Both the position numbers and the translations under genes were made by a program. The notes beneath the pieces were generated by a model that was not told the origin of the DNA, ran no database searches, and saw only the letters and a list, made by a program, of their open reading frames with translations. From Cenococcum geophilum (Eukaryota): a stretch of DNA of 64,000 nucleotides. The DNA lies in assembly GCA_050273025.1 (NCBI GenBank), contig CP158635.1, positions 27,156,001 through 27,220,000 of the forward strand. Reading direction: 5' to 3'. How positions within the stretch are numbered: the stretch's first letter is position 1; each line of letters begins with the position of its first letter. Shown here one piece after another: positions 53,092 through 64,000 of the stretch.

Positions 53092-56000
53092 ATATTAAAG
53101 CCGGAAGAGCTTCTAATTCTTATCTAGATAGTTATAGAAGTGCTATACAAAAGTGTTATTGTTTAACATATTATCTATAGTAGTATATATAATGTGGGAT
53201 GTAATATTATAGGATTCTATAGTAGCAATTACTATAAAAGCGATATTCTTACTAGTATAAGGTCTTAGAAGCATACAGAAGGCAATTAAAAGGTTCTATA
53301 GCTTCCTATTTTAATTAATAAAATGCGCCTTAATACTAAAGAACGTAATATAGTTAGGCGATATCTAGATATTAAGTGTAAGGCTTATATTAAAGGTTGT
53401 AGTATAAAGAGCGTGTTTAATGCGTTTACTTATAATCTTTACATCTTTAATTAGCTATTTAGAAACTATTGCTAGCGACGTAGGGTATAGGCTTATAGCT
53501 ATAGGGTTAAGTAGGCTAATAAGGCGAATAAGGCGCTCTAATAAGGCTCTAGTAAAAGAGATATTGTCTAAGACTATAAAGGTAATAAGGTATTCGCGGT
53601 ATTGGTAGAATTTAACTTAATAAGTAGGTAACCCTTTGGTTATAATAACGTCCTCCTCTTTATAGAGTTCTTCTCCCTACCTATTAAAGCCGTAGGTATT
53701 AACTATATGGCTAATTGCGTGTAATATGGAGGCTGCTAATCTAACTATAGGAGGGATTACTCTATAGCCTTTCCTATTAGTAGGTTTCGTATAAGAGATT
53801 ATAGGCTTATATCTACAGCAAAGCCAGTACTACTACTGCTTTATATCTTATACTAGAGTACTATACTACTAGACCCAGGCTCTACGCCTATAAGAGGTCT
53901 TACTATTAAGCTATAGAGTAAGCTAATAGCTAACTGTATCTTTAGGCCTAAAGATAAAGCCATCTACGCCATATATCGGCTGCCTTAGGTGTAAACTGCC
54001 CTCTATAGAAAATAGCGAAGGCGTAGATTAATTAGAAATATCACTAATTAATATATCTAAAGGTATTAAGTGGGAAACCTAATTAACTAAGGTAAACACG
54101 GTAAAGAAAGGGGCTGTAAAGGCAGAATAGAAGAGTCTTTAGTAGGGAGGCTGCATAAGGCTTGAAGGATTTTGACGCCTCTAATACCTATGGCTATTAG
54201 CTCTCTACTATCCTACTAGAGCTTCATTTTTACTAAGAGATTAGTTCCTAAGGCAACTAGCTTATAATAAGGGCAGGAAGGCTATTTTAGCAATTTATTA
54301 AACTAATAGACGATTAATTTGGTCTAATTAGTTTATTTAATTGGTTTAATTTATATTAAATAAACCTTAATTAAACCAAATTAATTAAACCAAACAACCG
54401 TCAATAAGGGTCCGGTTTAATGAAAGCACTATAGTATATCCCCATTATGCGCAGCGATAGCATTATTTTAGGCGTAGTCTATAATTATAGAGCCTTATAT
54501 TGTATATAAGGCCGTTTATAATTATTCCTTTTTAGATAAGGAGTTTTTGCATTCCTGGTGTATATATACTAACAATAAGGGAGCTATATATTTGTCCGGC
54601 GTCTCCCTAACAAGTCTTTAGCAACCCTTATATTCTTTTATTATTTTTATTATTTACTTAGTTTATATTTTCCTATTAAAGCTATTAGATTTAGGTGATC
54701 TTAAGTCCTAGTATAAAGCGTTCCGTTTGTCTTACTATCTCCTATATAGTTACTGTGTTATCCACCTAGCGTCCCTTTTTTACTTTAAGGCTTATAGGGA
54801 CCGCTAGGACTTTAACTAGGTAATCCTCGCGGAGTACTTTTATGCTAATACGTTCTCCTAGCCTATCCCCTACCCTTACGGCTCATTCCTTTGCCTATTG
54901 GTCCTTTAGAGTAACTTTAATATCTTTACTCCTAAGGTGTTGGACCGTAATAACGTTATAAACCTCTTTATGGATTTTTATAAGGACTTTTATTTCTAAT
55001 TATCCCTTAAGCCCCTCTGCTTTTTCTATATTTGGTTATATTATAATTATATACCCGGTTATTATTTTAAGGGGGGTAAGTTCCCTATACTGTGGAAGCG
55101 CAGCTACGGTAGCCTAGGTACGGTTCGCCGATAAAGGGGGGTTTTATTTATTTTTAATTTTGCTTAGCTATTAGAGGATTTAATTAAGGGTTTATTAGAG
55201 AGGCACCTAAGGTTTACTAAACTAGCGGAGCTATTTTACTAGCTGCGTTAGATTGTTATGGCTAACAGTTACTCCCCTATAATTCTAGGTACTAGACGCG
55301 TCCAATAGGCTTTATATTTTATTAGATGCCTTCTTAATAAAGGTATTTCCGCTTTATAGTATAGCATTCGCCTATCTTTGTTGTAGAGGGCCATTGCTAA
55401 GCGTGGTTCTGGCGGTCGCGCGCAAGTATAAACCACCGTCGTTTGACGTGTGCCTCCCCTGCGATGTATGCATCTTAGGGGGATTCTCTGGGTGTTTTAC
55501 AGGGTTCTTTTGGTTGGTTTTAGTCTTTTTTGGGCCGGGTGCAGCAAGAGCTCCAAAAAGTCCGTGTTTTTTCGTTTTAAATAGTAGGACTACTAGTTCC
55601 TTATTAGTTTCCTTAGCTAGCCTTTCCTCTCTATTATTAATAATTTAGTTAATTTTATATAGGCTTATTATAAAGACCTTATTATTCTTCTAGTATATAT
55701 TAAAGTAAAACACTATAGCGCTAATTACGGCAATATCTACGGTAGGGGTTACCTAATAATAGGGGTATACGTAACTTTAGGGACTTTTAAGGTACTAGCG
55801 TTATTATTACTCCTTTTAGCTCCTATTATATCTTTTAAAGGTTATCCCTTATATCCTATTAATATATTCTTTTCTATACTAGTTAAATCTACGTAATTTA
55901 GATATTATCTATATTACTATCTATCCCACTTCTATATATAGAGTCCCCTTTAAACATAGCGCTTTAGAAAAGTATCTTTATTAGTACGGAGTTCTTTCCA

Positions 56001-56404
56001 GCTTTATACCGAGCGTCTCCTTAGGTAAAGGCTAAGTTATAGGCCCGGACATCCTACTAGTAGGTAGGGTTAGCCCTTACGGCTAGTATCTTATAGTTAG
56101 TTTAGATCTCCCTAATAAAGAAAAGTAACCTTAGTCTATCCTCTAGCTAAACAAACTGTCTTTATTATATATTTAACTAAATATTAAAATAAGACATCTA
56201 TTTTTGTCTAAGGATTATATTATAGGACCCTAGGTCTAGGATATAAAAGGGGATACTATATTAGAGTTGTCCGTTAAAAGCAATATATAACTTTAAGACG
56301 TAGGTAATAGGCTAACTAGCTTAGCCGTTATAGCCTTTTACCTAGACAGGCTTCTCTAATTAGATAGCTTCTATATTTAGAAACTTAGTAATATTATTTA
56401 TATA

Positions 56405-59400
56405 TATAACAGAACCTTATAGCAAGGACTACGGTGGGCTCGTTAATAGGCTAGGTGTGTAGGTATTATAAGTAAGTTAACAATATAATAATAACTGGTG
56501 GAGTGGTTGCCTAATAGATTAACTCTAATTGTATTCTAAGAATTACTATAAGGAAGGAACTATCTAGGTAGGGACTAAGGGTCCTTAAATATATAACTAT
56601 ACTCCTATAAAATCCTTCTTATATATAATATACGTGTTATATATAAGGTATATAAGTTCCTTTTATTCCTCTTATTTAATATATAGAATATTATATAACT
56701 TGCTTACTATTCTTTATTATATAGTTCTACCGGCTCTATTCTGGACCGTACTTATATTAACTAACTAGCTTTCTCTAACTCTTCTCTAAGTAGTCGTAAT
56801 ATTATACTTAAAGCGTCCGTAATACTATCTCCCTCCTTTTTATCTTCGTCCTTAAAGATTCCAAATATCTCTAAGTTATTTACTAAAGGTATAATATCCG
56901 TCTAATTAATTTAGTTAATATTGTTACTTATTATACCTAAAGCTTCTTCTTCTTTATACGCGTAATATCGTGCCCGCACTATTACTGCTATATTATCGCT
57001 AGGTAAAATTATACTATTTCCGTGTTCTTATTATGCGAAAGAGGGGTTAGTTTATATTGCGCTAGCGAGTCCCTCGTCTTAGCAACTATTCTCTTACTTG
57101 GAGTGCACTAAAGCAAACATTTGTTCCTTCTATAACGTTTATTCTACTTCTAATACTAAATATACGCGTCTTATAACTCTTAGTAGTCTCTAAGTTCCCT
57201 AAGTAATTTATTATAGGGTCTTATGTTTAATTTACTACTATAAAGCTAGACGGTAACCTAGCGTAGGCCCTTACTAAGCTTAAGCGTTCTTAAGATACGG
57301 AATAGAAGGCCCTAAATGCTTACATCGCGGCGTTTACTTAGCTACTTTATCTTAAGAAAGTACGTAAGAAGGTTTGTTTTAAGGAGTAGAAACTTATAGA
57401 ATAAGGTCTATAGGAACTTAGTAATAAGAGAACTAACTCTCTTCCTATAAAGGGAACAACTCTAAGTAGTTCAGCAGTCGCTCTTCCTAGGTCCCCCTTA
57501 GGTGACTCTTTCTTTGGCGATTCTTTAATATTACCTAACCTATTTTCTTCCGATACTCCTATACCTTTCCTATAACGTTCTTTAAATTTTCTAGTAGCTC
57601 CTAGGTAGTCTTATTATAGCCTATCTACTTTACCTTATACTATATTTTATTATCTACGTCCTTATAACTAATAATCTTTAAAACTTGCTATTTATCTTCC
57701 TCTTATCCTCTATATATGTCTGCTTTATAAACTAGTGGCTTAATATTCCCGTATACTAGCTCTAGCATTATAATGTGCTATATAGGGTAGATCTTTATCT
57801 TAGCTAGTAGGTTTAACTTAAATATAACTAGTAAAAATTTTTATATAATTTTAAAGGGTCTTAGTCTAACGTGGTCTAATTTCTTACTTAGTTGTTAACT
57901 CTTGAAATTTTTATATAGTAGCTATACTTTATCTCCCTCTCTAAGATCTAGTCCCTTAGATCTCTTAACATTATAGTATCTTTTTATTCTTTATTATACT
58001 ACCTTAGCTGTTTCTATAAGGTCTATATAAAAATTTATTAAAGTCTTTATTCTTTACTTAGCTGTACTATTTATCTTCTTTACTTAACGTGGCGATAATA
58101 ATGTTCTTAGCTTATATCTATAATTCGCCTTAAATAGTAAAGTGCCTATTTCTTTTTAGGGTGTTGCATTATATATAAACTATATAACTAATAATAGTAA
58201 TACCTAATTATTCTATGCATAATTAATATAGTACCTTAGATACTGTTCTAGTATCTAATTTAGTCTTTCCGTTTAACTGTCTGTCTGCGGATAATATATA
58301 GTGGAAGTTACTACTCTAACTCCTTACTTTGCTAAGAATACCTCCTAAAATACTACTACAAATCTTAGATCTTTATCTAATATAATCTTGCTTAGTACTC
58401 TATGTCTTATAAATACTTCTTTAATATAGATTCTAGTAATATCTTCCGCTAAGATTTCTTCCGTATATGCTATAAAGTATCCCTACTTTGTAAGCTTATC
58501 TACTATTACTAAAATCGCGTTATAATCTTATCCTATAATAGGATCTCTTAATTTTAGTAACTTAATAATAAAGTTCTATAATATAACCTCCTATAGTCTC
58601 TCTAGTATTTTAATAGGTTATAGCCCTCTATACGGCCTATGCCTTATTAGTTTATTCCTTTAGTAATTTAAATACTCCTTAGTAACCTTTTTAGCTATCC
58701 TCTAGATTCCGTTAATAATATACTCCTCTTAAAGTCTTAATACTAAGCCTATAGCTTTGTTATATCCTTAAGTTAGTCCCTTATAGAAGTCTTTTATAAA
58801 GTGCTCTGCTATACTTCTTAGGATATACTTTACTTTTTGGTTTTTGTATATATCCATCTATAGATTTTCTAGCTATACTTTTAGAATTCTTTATACCTAA
58901 AAGCTTTCTAGTATCTCGTAGACTTTCTCTAACTTATCTTCTTAAGTTACTGCGATTTTTAGATAATTATACCTAATTAGTCTATCTGTATCCCTTTATA
59001 GTAAAGCCCCTAATAGCTTCTTATTATTTTATAGTTTAGCTTTTTAACTTAATGTATCGGCTTGCGTGTTATTTATACCCTTAGTATACTAAATCTTAAA
59101 ATAGTATTCTATAAGCATCTCTACCCATCTAACCTGTTTTTAGTTAAGTTCCTTTATTATTAGAAATCCTATTAGGTTTTTATAATCCGTTTTAACTATA
59201 AATAGTTTCTCTATACCTTATAAGAATGCTCTCTATTCCTTTAGTACTATAACTATACCTAATAACTCCTTATTATAGATGTTATAGTTTAACTCTAGTA
59301 GTATTATCTTCCAACTATAATATGCTACTAGGTGCTATCTATCTAGATACTTTTATATAAAGTATACCCCTAGTATAAAGTCTAATACATCTATTTCTAT

Positions 59401-60672
59401 AACCGTCTCTAGTTCTAGTTAATAGATCTTAAGAACTAGCTCCTAGGTAAATAACCTTTTAACTTCCTTAAATAGTTTTTATTATTCCTTTCCCTATAAC
59501 TATAGTTTCTCTTTCTTCGTTAATCGCGTAAATAGCTTAATATCCTTTAACCATTATACTATAAACCTTCTACAGTAATTATAAAACCCTAAAAATAATT
59601 TTAACTGCGTAATATTCTCTAGTTCTTACTAATTTACTATAGCCTTAATCTTTTTTAGATCTATACTAAGTTAGCTTAGTTTAATAATAAATCCTATAAA
59701 ATCGGTTTTCCTAGTAAAGAACTTGTATTTTTTTTATTACTACTAGTATCTGTTTTTCTTATAGTCTCTTTAAAACCTATTTAATATATTCTCCGTATTC
59801 TTCCTTAATTATTAAGTAGATAATAATATTATTAAGGTATACTATAATAAATTTATCTAAGTGTTCTCCTAATATATTATTAATACGCTTTTAAAACGTT
59901 GCTAGTATATTTATAAGCCTAAATTGCATAACTAATAGCTTATATAGTCCTTCCTTTAACCTAAAGGCTGCTTTTTATTTATTGCCTTCCTTAATTCTAA
60001 TCTAATGGTACGCCCACCTTAAATCTATCTTTATAAAGATTTGCGCATTACTTATCCTATCTTAGATTTCGCTAATTAAGGGTAAAAGGTACCTATCCTT
60101 TTTAGTAATACTATTTAACTGTCTATAGTCAATATATAGCCTTAGTTTGCCAATTTTTTTAGTATAAATAGTACTAGATATCCTGCTAATAACTACAATA
60201 GTCTAATATATCCCTTTTATAAGTTTTTCTAAATAAACTCTTTTAGTGCTCTACCTTCTTCTTTAGTAAGCTTATAGATTAGAAAGAACCTTAGACTTAT
60301 TCCTAGTTTTAATTCTATCTTATAGTCCTATACTATATACTCTAACAGCTTCTTACTTTTTAGTAACTATAGTTTCTTACTATACTTATAGTATCTTTTT
60401 GGTATATAGCCTAACCCTTTTTCTATTTCCTTATAGGTTGCTTTTACTTAATACTATACTAACTTAGCTTATTATTATATCTTACGGCGTTAAGTATTCC
60501 TAATATTGACCTAACCTATAATCTAATTAATCCTTAGATTATATTCCTATAACTAAGGTATTTTTAACACTGCCTTATTATTCCCTAATAGTAATATATT
60601 AAAAGATATCTTAACTTATCTTCCTTTAATGGTTAACTAAATAGGTCCTATTTTAAGATTAATAATACCTCC
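56405..60672 (-). mobile_element. Gypsy chromovirus I (L/A family): 3' LTR 56405-56824, antisense gene, pol; interrupted by Copia M
   Basis: Reverse-complement homolog of ~31920-36201; PPT next to 56824. Confidence 0.9.
56933..57560 (+). pseudogene. Antisense accessory gene of Gypsy I (Zn2Cys6-like + coiled coil)
   Basis: FPCSYYAKEGLVYIALASPSS*QLFSYLECTKANICSFY; Cys1 TGT at 57023 and Cys5 TGC at 57104 intact, the rest TAT/TAC. Confidence 0.68.
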
Positions 60673-63600
60673 TGTTGGGAATAGGGCAAATTGCCGCCAT
60701 GTGAGGCAAATTGCCGTCACGTGGGGCAAGTTGCCGTCACGTGTCGCCGCGGCGCTAGCGTGGCGAGGAGCCTTAAGCTCTTCGCCCTTCCTAATAGAAC
60801 AGAAAAATAAGAACAATTATTATACTATCTACGAACCGTAGCTACGTAATATCCCCCTTGTGTAACCAACACTAATTAGTGGTTAACTTTACAGTTATAC
60901 TATAGAACAGCTAGGTATTTACTAAGAAGAGATAAGCCACTATACCAGTGCTACTCGTGCTAAGGGAAGCTGTCTTTTAAGGTCAGAACTGGTCCTAAAC
61001 CTTAAATAGAACTCTTCTATAAATCTAAGGATCTAAAGGCCAGAACTGGTCCTAAGCCTTCCCTAGATTATAGATTCTTGCGTCTATTACGCAGAATAAC
61101 ACGCTTTATAAGTCTTTGTAATTTAAGGCCAGAACTAGTTCTAAGCCCTATAATTATAAATATATGTTATAAACGCGTACCAAATAACAATCCCTATACT
61201 ACTAATATTCCCTTCCTCTAAAGATATAACTATGGCTACTTTAAACGACTAGAGAGACTCCTTACCACTAGGGGTAGCTATATACGCGAAACTTATTGAT
61301 AAAGATTAGGACGTATTTACCTTTAATATAACAACCTATACCGCAAAACAAGTTAACGGCTTTCTCTTATACTATATTCTATTCTACCAAGATAGCTACT
61401 ACGCCGATTTATAGTTATGGGAATACTTTAGGGAGGATTTTATAGGATGGACCGCCAACACCTAGGTACTTAGCAATGTTAATATTATTTAGGATTTTTA
61501 AAACTCCCTCTAAAGGAATGGGGTATATATTGCTAAGGACGGTAACCTAATTACTAGTAATATTTACGCCGTTTTTACTAGTATAGAAGAACCAATATAG
61601 ACGGAAGCTAAGATTATACGTTAACTACGGAAACCTAAAACCAACCTATATTCTTTGGAAGGCAACTTTAATTCGGAACAAAACCCCTAGAACGCTACTC
61701 TCTTACCTAAAGGTGCTCTCCTACCTAAAGGTGCTCTTCCTCTACCTTTACTACCTCTAACTCCTTTATCCTAGCTAACCAATAAGCCTTTATTTTAAGA
61801 AGTTACGAATCTAATAAAGGTATATTTAGACGAAGAGAAGAAGTTTAGAGGAGAATTATATGATATACTTAGAGCAAAACTATAGGTCTTTTATAACTGC
61901 TATAATAAGGTTAAAATTTAACGCCACTAGTTCTATTATGCTTTCTCTATTATATTAAAGGGACGGGCAGTAACGTTCTATTACGACCATATTACAGGTA
62001 AAAACTATAGCTTTAATATAATGCTTTAGCTTACTAGAGCCTACTTTAAAACCAATAAGAACCGCCAACTCTATATGTCCAAATGGCGAGAGACTATATT
62101 TTAGAGAGTTATCGCTTTTAACCTAATAACAACTCGCCTAGAGTGTCTTTAACTACTCTTTAATAAACTCTAGAAAATCTAATATAGTCTTACTAAAACC
62201 TACTAAAATAAGAACAGTCTAAGGGACCAGGTTATCTTAGCATGCTGTGGCGTTCCTAAGTGCAACTTAGCGCTATATAAACCTATAAATACATTTAAAG
62301 GAGTATATACTAAACTACGCTTCGCTATAGGCACTATAATATAAATATAAGAACCCTAATAATTCTATACTAAAAACCCTATTTAAACCGGGATTCTAAA
62401 CTAATATAATTATAACTAGACTAATTAAATATATAGTGGCCGGAGTAGGGGATACGGTAGAGGGTATAATTAACGTTAACTATAAAGCAATTATGGAGGT
62501 CCTTATAGAGGTTTATTTCGGAATAACCGTTAGAAGAAGTGCTACATTTATAAGAAGCCAAATTGCTAGTTAAATAGACACTCTTTTAATAAGTAAAAGG
62601 AGGCATATAATAAGTTCCGATAGAGTATAAGAAACGTTAGAAATTATAAGGTTACTATAGCCTACTTCTAAAGCTTTCTGGTCCAATATAAAGGTATAAA
62701 AGACCTTAAGGATAAGGTTAATAAGGCCGAACAGCTCCTTATGGATATAGATATTAAGGACTACTCTCCCAACTAATACTTCACTAAGTATAGTAAGGTA
62801 AATGGCATATAAACCGTTGCTATCCTTAATAACTAATTTACGTTCCATTCTGTTATAAAGTTAGATATCTTTAATAAGCTAAAGGAAAGTTTCGCGTTCT
62901 CCTTTAACGATAAATACTCGGCGAATGTCTTCTATAGTATTATACTAGATACTAGAGCCGTAAGAGTATCTATAGCAGGAGAACCTTAAGTTTAAGCTCT
63001 TTAGCAGCTTAATAGCTCTATTTAAATCGACTAATTAACGGTAGGCCAATATATAATTCGCTTCAGTAAGGGTACTATAATCTCTCTCAGCATAATTAAG
63101 GTCTAAACCCCATTAGGATATATTACCTTCTATATTATTCCCGCAAATACCCCATTCCTATTCTATATCTAAGATATAGATAAATTAGGCGTTAAGCTTA
63201 ATAACCTTAAAAATATACTTATTTAGGGAGATAATCGGGTGCCCGTTGTACGCAAGTAGGATTACCCTTAGTTGCTCCTCCAACAACTAGAAAGGAGCGT
63301 TGCTTAAAGTCACTTAACTAAGTCAAAGCTACGTTAACTATACCGTTGTTTTAGCCACCTATCTGTTCATTAACTGCTTAGGGTTCTTTAATAAGCAGGT
63401 TATAAAGTCAAGGTTAAGGCAATTAAGTATCTTATAAAGTACTGCTATTACTACTAAATAAACTAGAAGTCCCCTGGCCGATTTAAGTTTACCCTTAAAG
63501 ATAACTATAACTTTAACTTCTGTATTATTATTAATGTTATATATCTTAACGGCAAGCTAGTCCTCTAAGCTATTAACTTATTAACCTCCTTCTAAGCCGC

Positions 63601-64000
63601 ACGTTTTTTAAGGGATATGTTAGCTAGAAACGCATAAGATACCCTTTAGTTATACTAAATTAATGTCTACCTAGGACCCCCTAATTAAATTATTTATAAT
63701 ATAGGAAAGAACTTCTTATCTATAGAGTTCCGATAACAAATAAAGGCAATAGTAATTAAGGTTAAGGAAGTTCCTATTAAGGTATATAATAGTATTAGAA
63801 AAGTAGAGCAATATTATACGCTATTACGCCGCGTATATAAGATTATCTCTTTAGAACTAAAGGATGCTAGCAAAAAACTTACCTTATAAATAGCTATTAA
63901 AGCTATTAATAATTCCGCTGGCCCAGATGGACTCGTACCTATATTGCTAGTCTTTAGCGCCTACCCTTAAATAACTAATAATTCTCTATTATCTCCCTCT
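60673..64000 (+). mobile_element. Ty1/Copia element M (GalEa-like): 5' LTR 60673-60871, gag-PR-IN, runs off window
   Basis: TGTTGG...CCAACA LTR with 20-bp internal repeats; CTAATTAGTGG after LTR; TPFLFYI ~63148, AINNSAGPDGLVPILLVF ~63902-63955, homologous to B and C. Confidence 0.88.

Larger units (their letters stand above)
49290..54230 (-). pseudogene. hAT transposase remnant (interrupted twice)
   Basis: LSLIALNLAAAPLESSNLERKFS dimerisation motif ~49408-49478; *EKLNYYY..AY*AAILLHP ~49826-49900; ILEPL..ETFKLE ~52045-52085. Confidence 0.85.
49146..54431 (-). mobile_element. hAT DNA transposon (~3.1 kb without nested inserts), RIP'd
   Basis: TIR TAGTGCTTTYATTAAACYRRACCC at both ends; 8-bp TSD GGTATATC / AGTATATC (1-nt offset on right); subterminal AAACC-type repeats. 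Confidence 0.88.
48440..55330 (-). pseudogene. LINE ORF1 (gag-like, CCHC knuckles), split by the hAT
   Basis: Removing 49146-54440 joins CYRCA*WGYT*STY to CGHYTGPYNTRHC zinc knuckles. Confidence 0.78.
44717..55591 (-). mobile_element. Full-length LINE (Tad1-like, APE+RT), interrupted by a hAT
   Basis: 15-bp TSD ACTAGTTCCTTATTA (44702-44716, 55592-55606); 3' end AATAAA + short (TTA)n; ORF1 and ORF2 remnants. Confidence 0.9.
41102..56404 (-). mobile_element. Gypsy chromovirus G (3' LTR 41102-41313; pol ~41700-44716 and 55607-56404), interrupted by LINE and Gypsy I; 5' part beyond window
   Basis: LTR TATTACGGC...GCCGTTACA with adjacent PPT; intact YLDD ~44112-44125; YHP*IDG ~42500-42522; sequence rejoins across the LINE TSD. 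Confidence 0.85.

Noticed and set aside
1..64000. Alternative genetic code or organellar/AT-rich prokaryotic genome
   Set aside because: Stops vary between copies and follow C>T/G>A transitions, as expected from RIP.

Overview
Eukaryotic, filamentous-ascomycete-type heterochromatic DNA, made almost entirely of nested transposable elements degraded by repeat-induced point mutation (RIP: TpA excess, CpA/TpG depletion, TGG/CAA/CAG codons turned into stops). I see no intact host gene, and nearly all ORFs in the supplied track are microsatellite artefacts or fragments of RIP'd transposon genes. Target-site duplications (TSDs) resolve three nests. (1) A Ty3/Gypsy chromovirus remnant contains a full same-family copy (602-22213), which holds a solo LTR, a poly(A)-tailed non-coding retroposon and two Copia elements. 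(2) A non-autonomous CATCAG-terminal TIR element (22830-38255) contains a Copia, which contains a full Gypsy. (3) Gypsy > Gypsy > LINE > hAT > (second CATCAG element + solo LTR), plus Gypsy > Gypsy > Copia running off the window end. Most notable: the main Gypsy family carries an antisense accessory gene whose de-RIP'd protein has Zn(II)2Cys6-like spacing plus a coiled coil, an extended Gag with three C-x4-C-x2-H motifs, and a covarying self-priming signal. Two ~2 kb non-coding TIR elements share a conserved core but have different arms. One Copia is studded with a CCGTAA motif.
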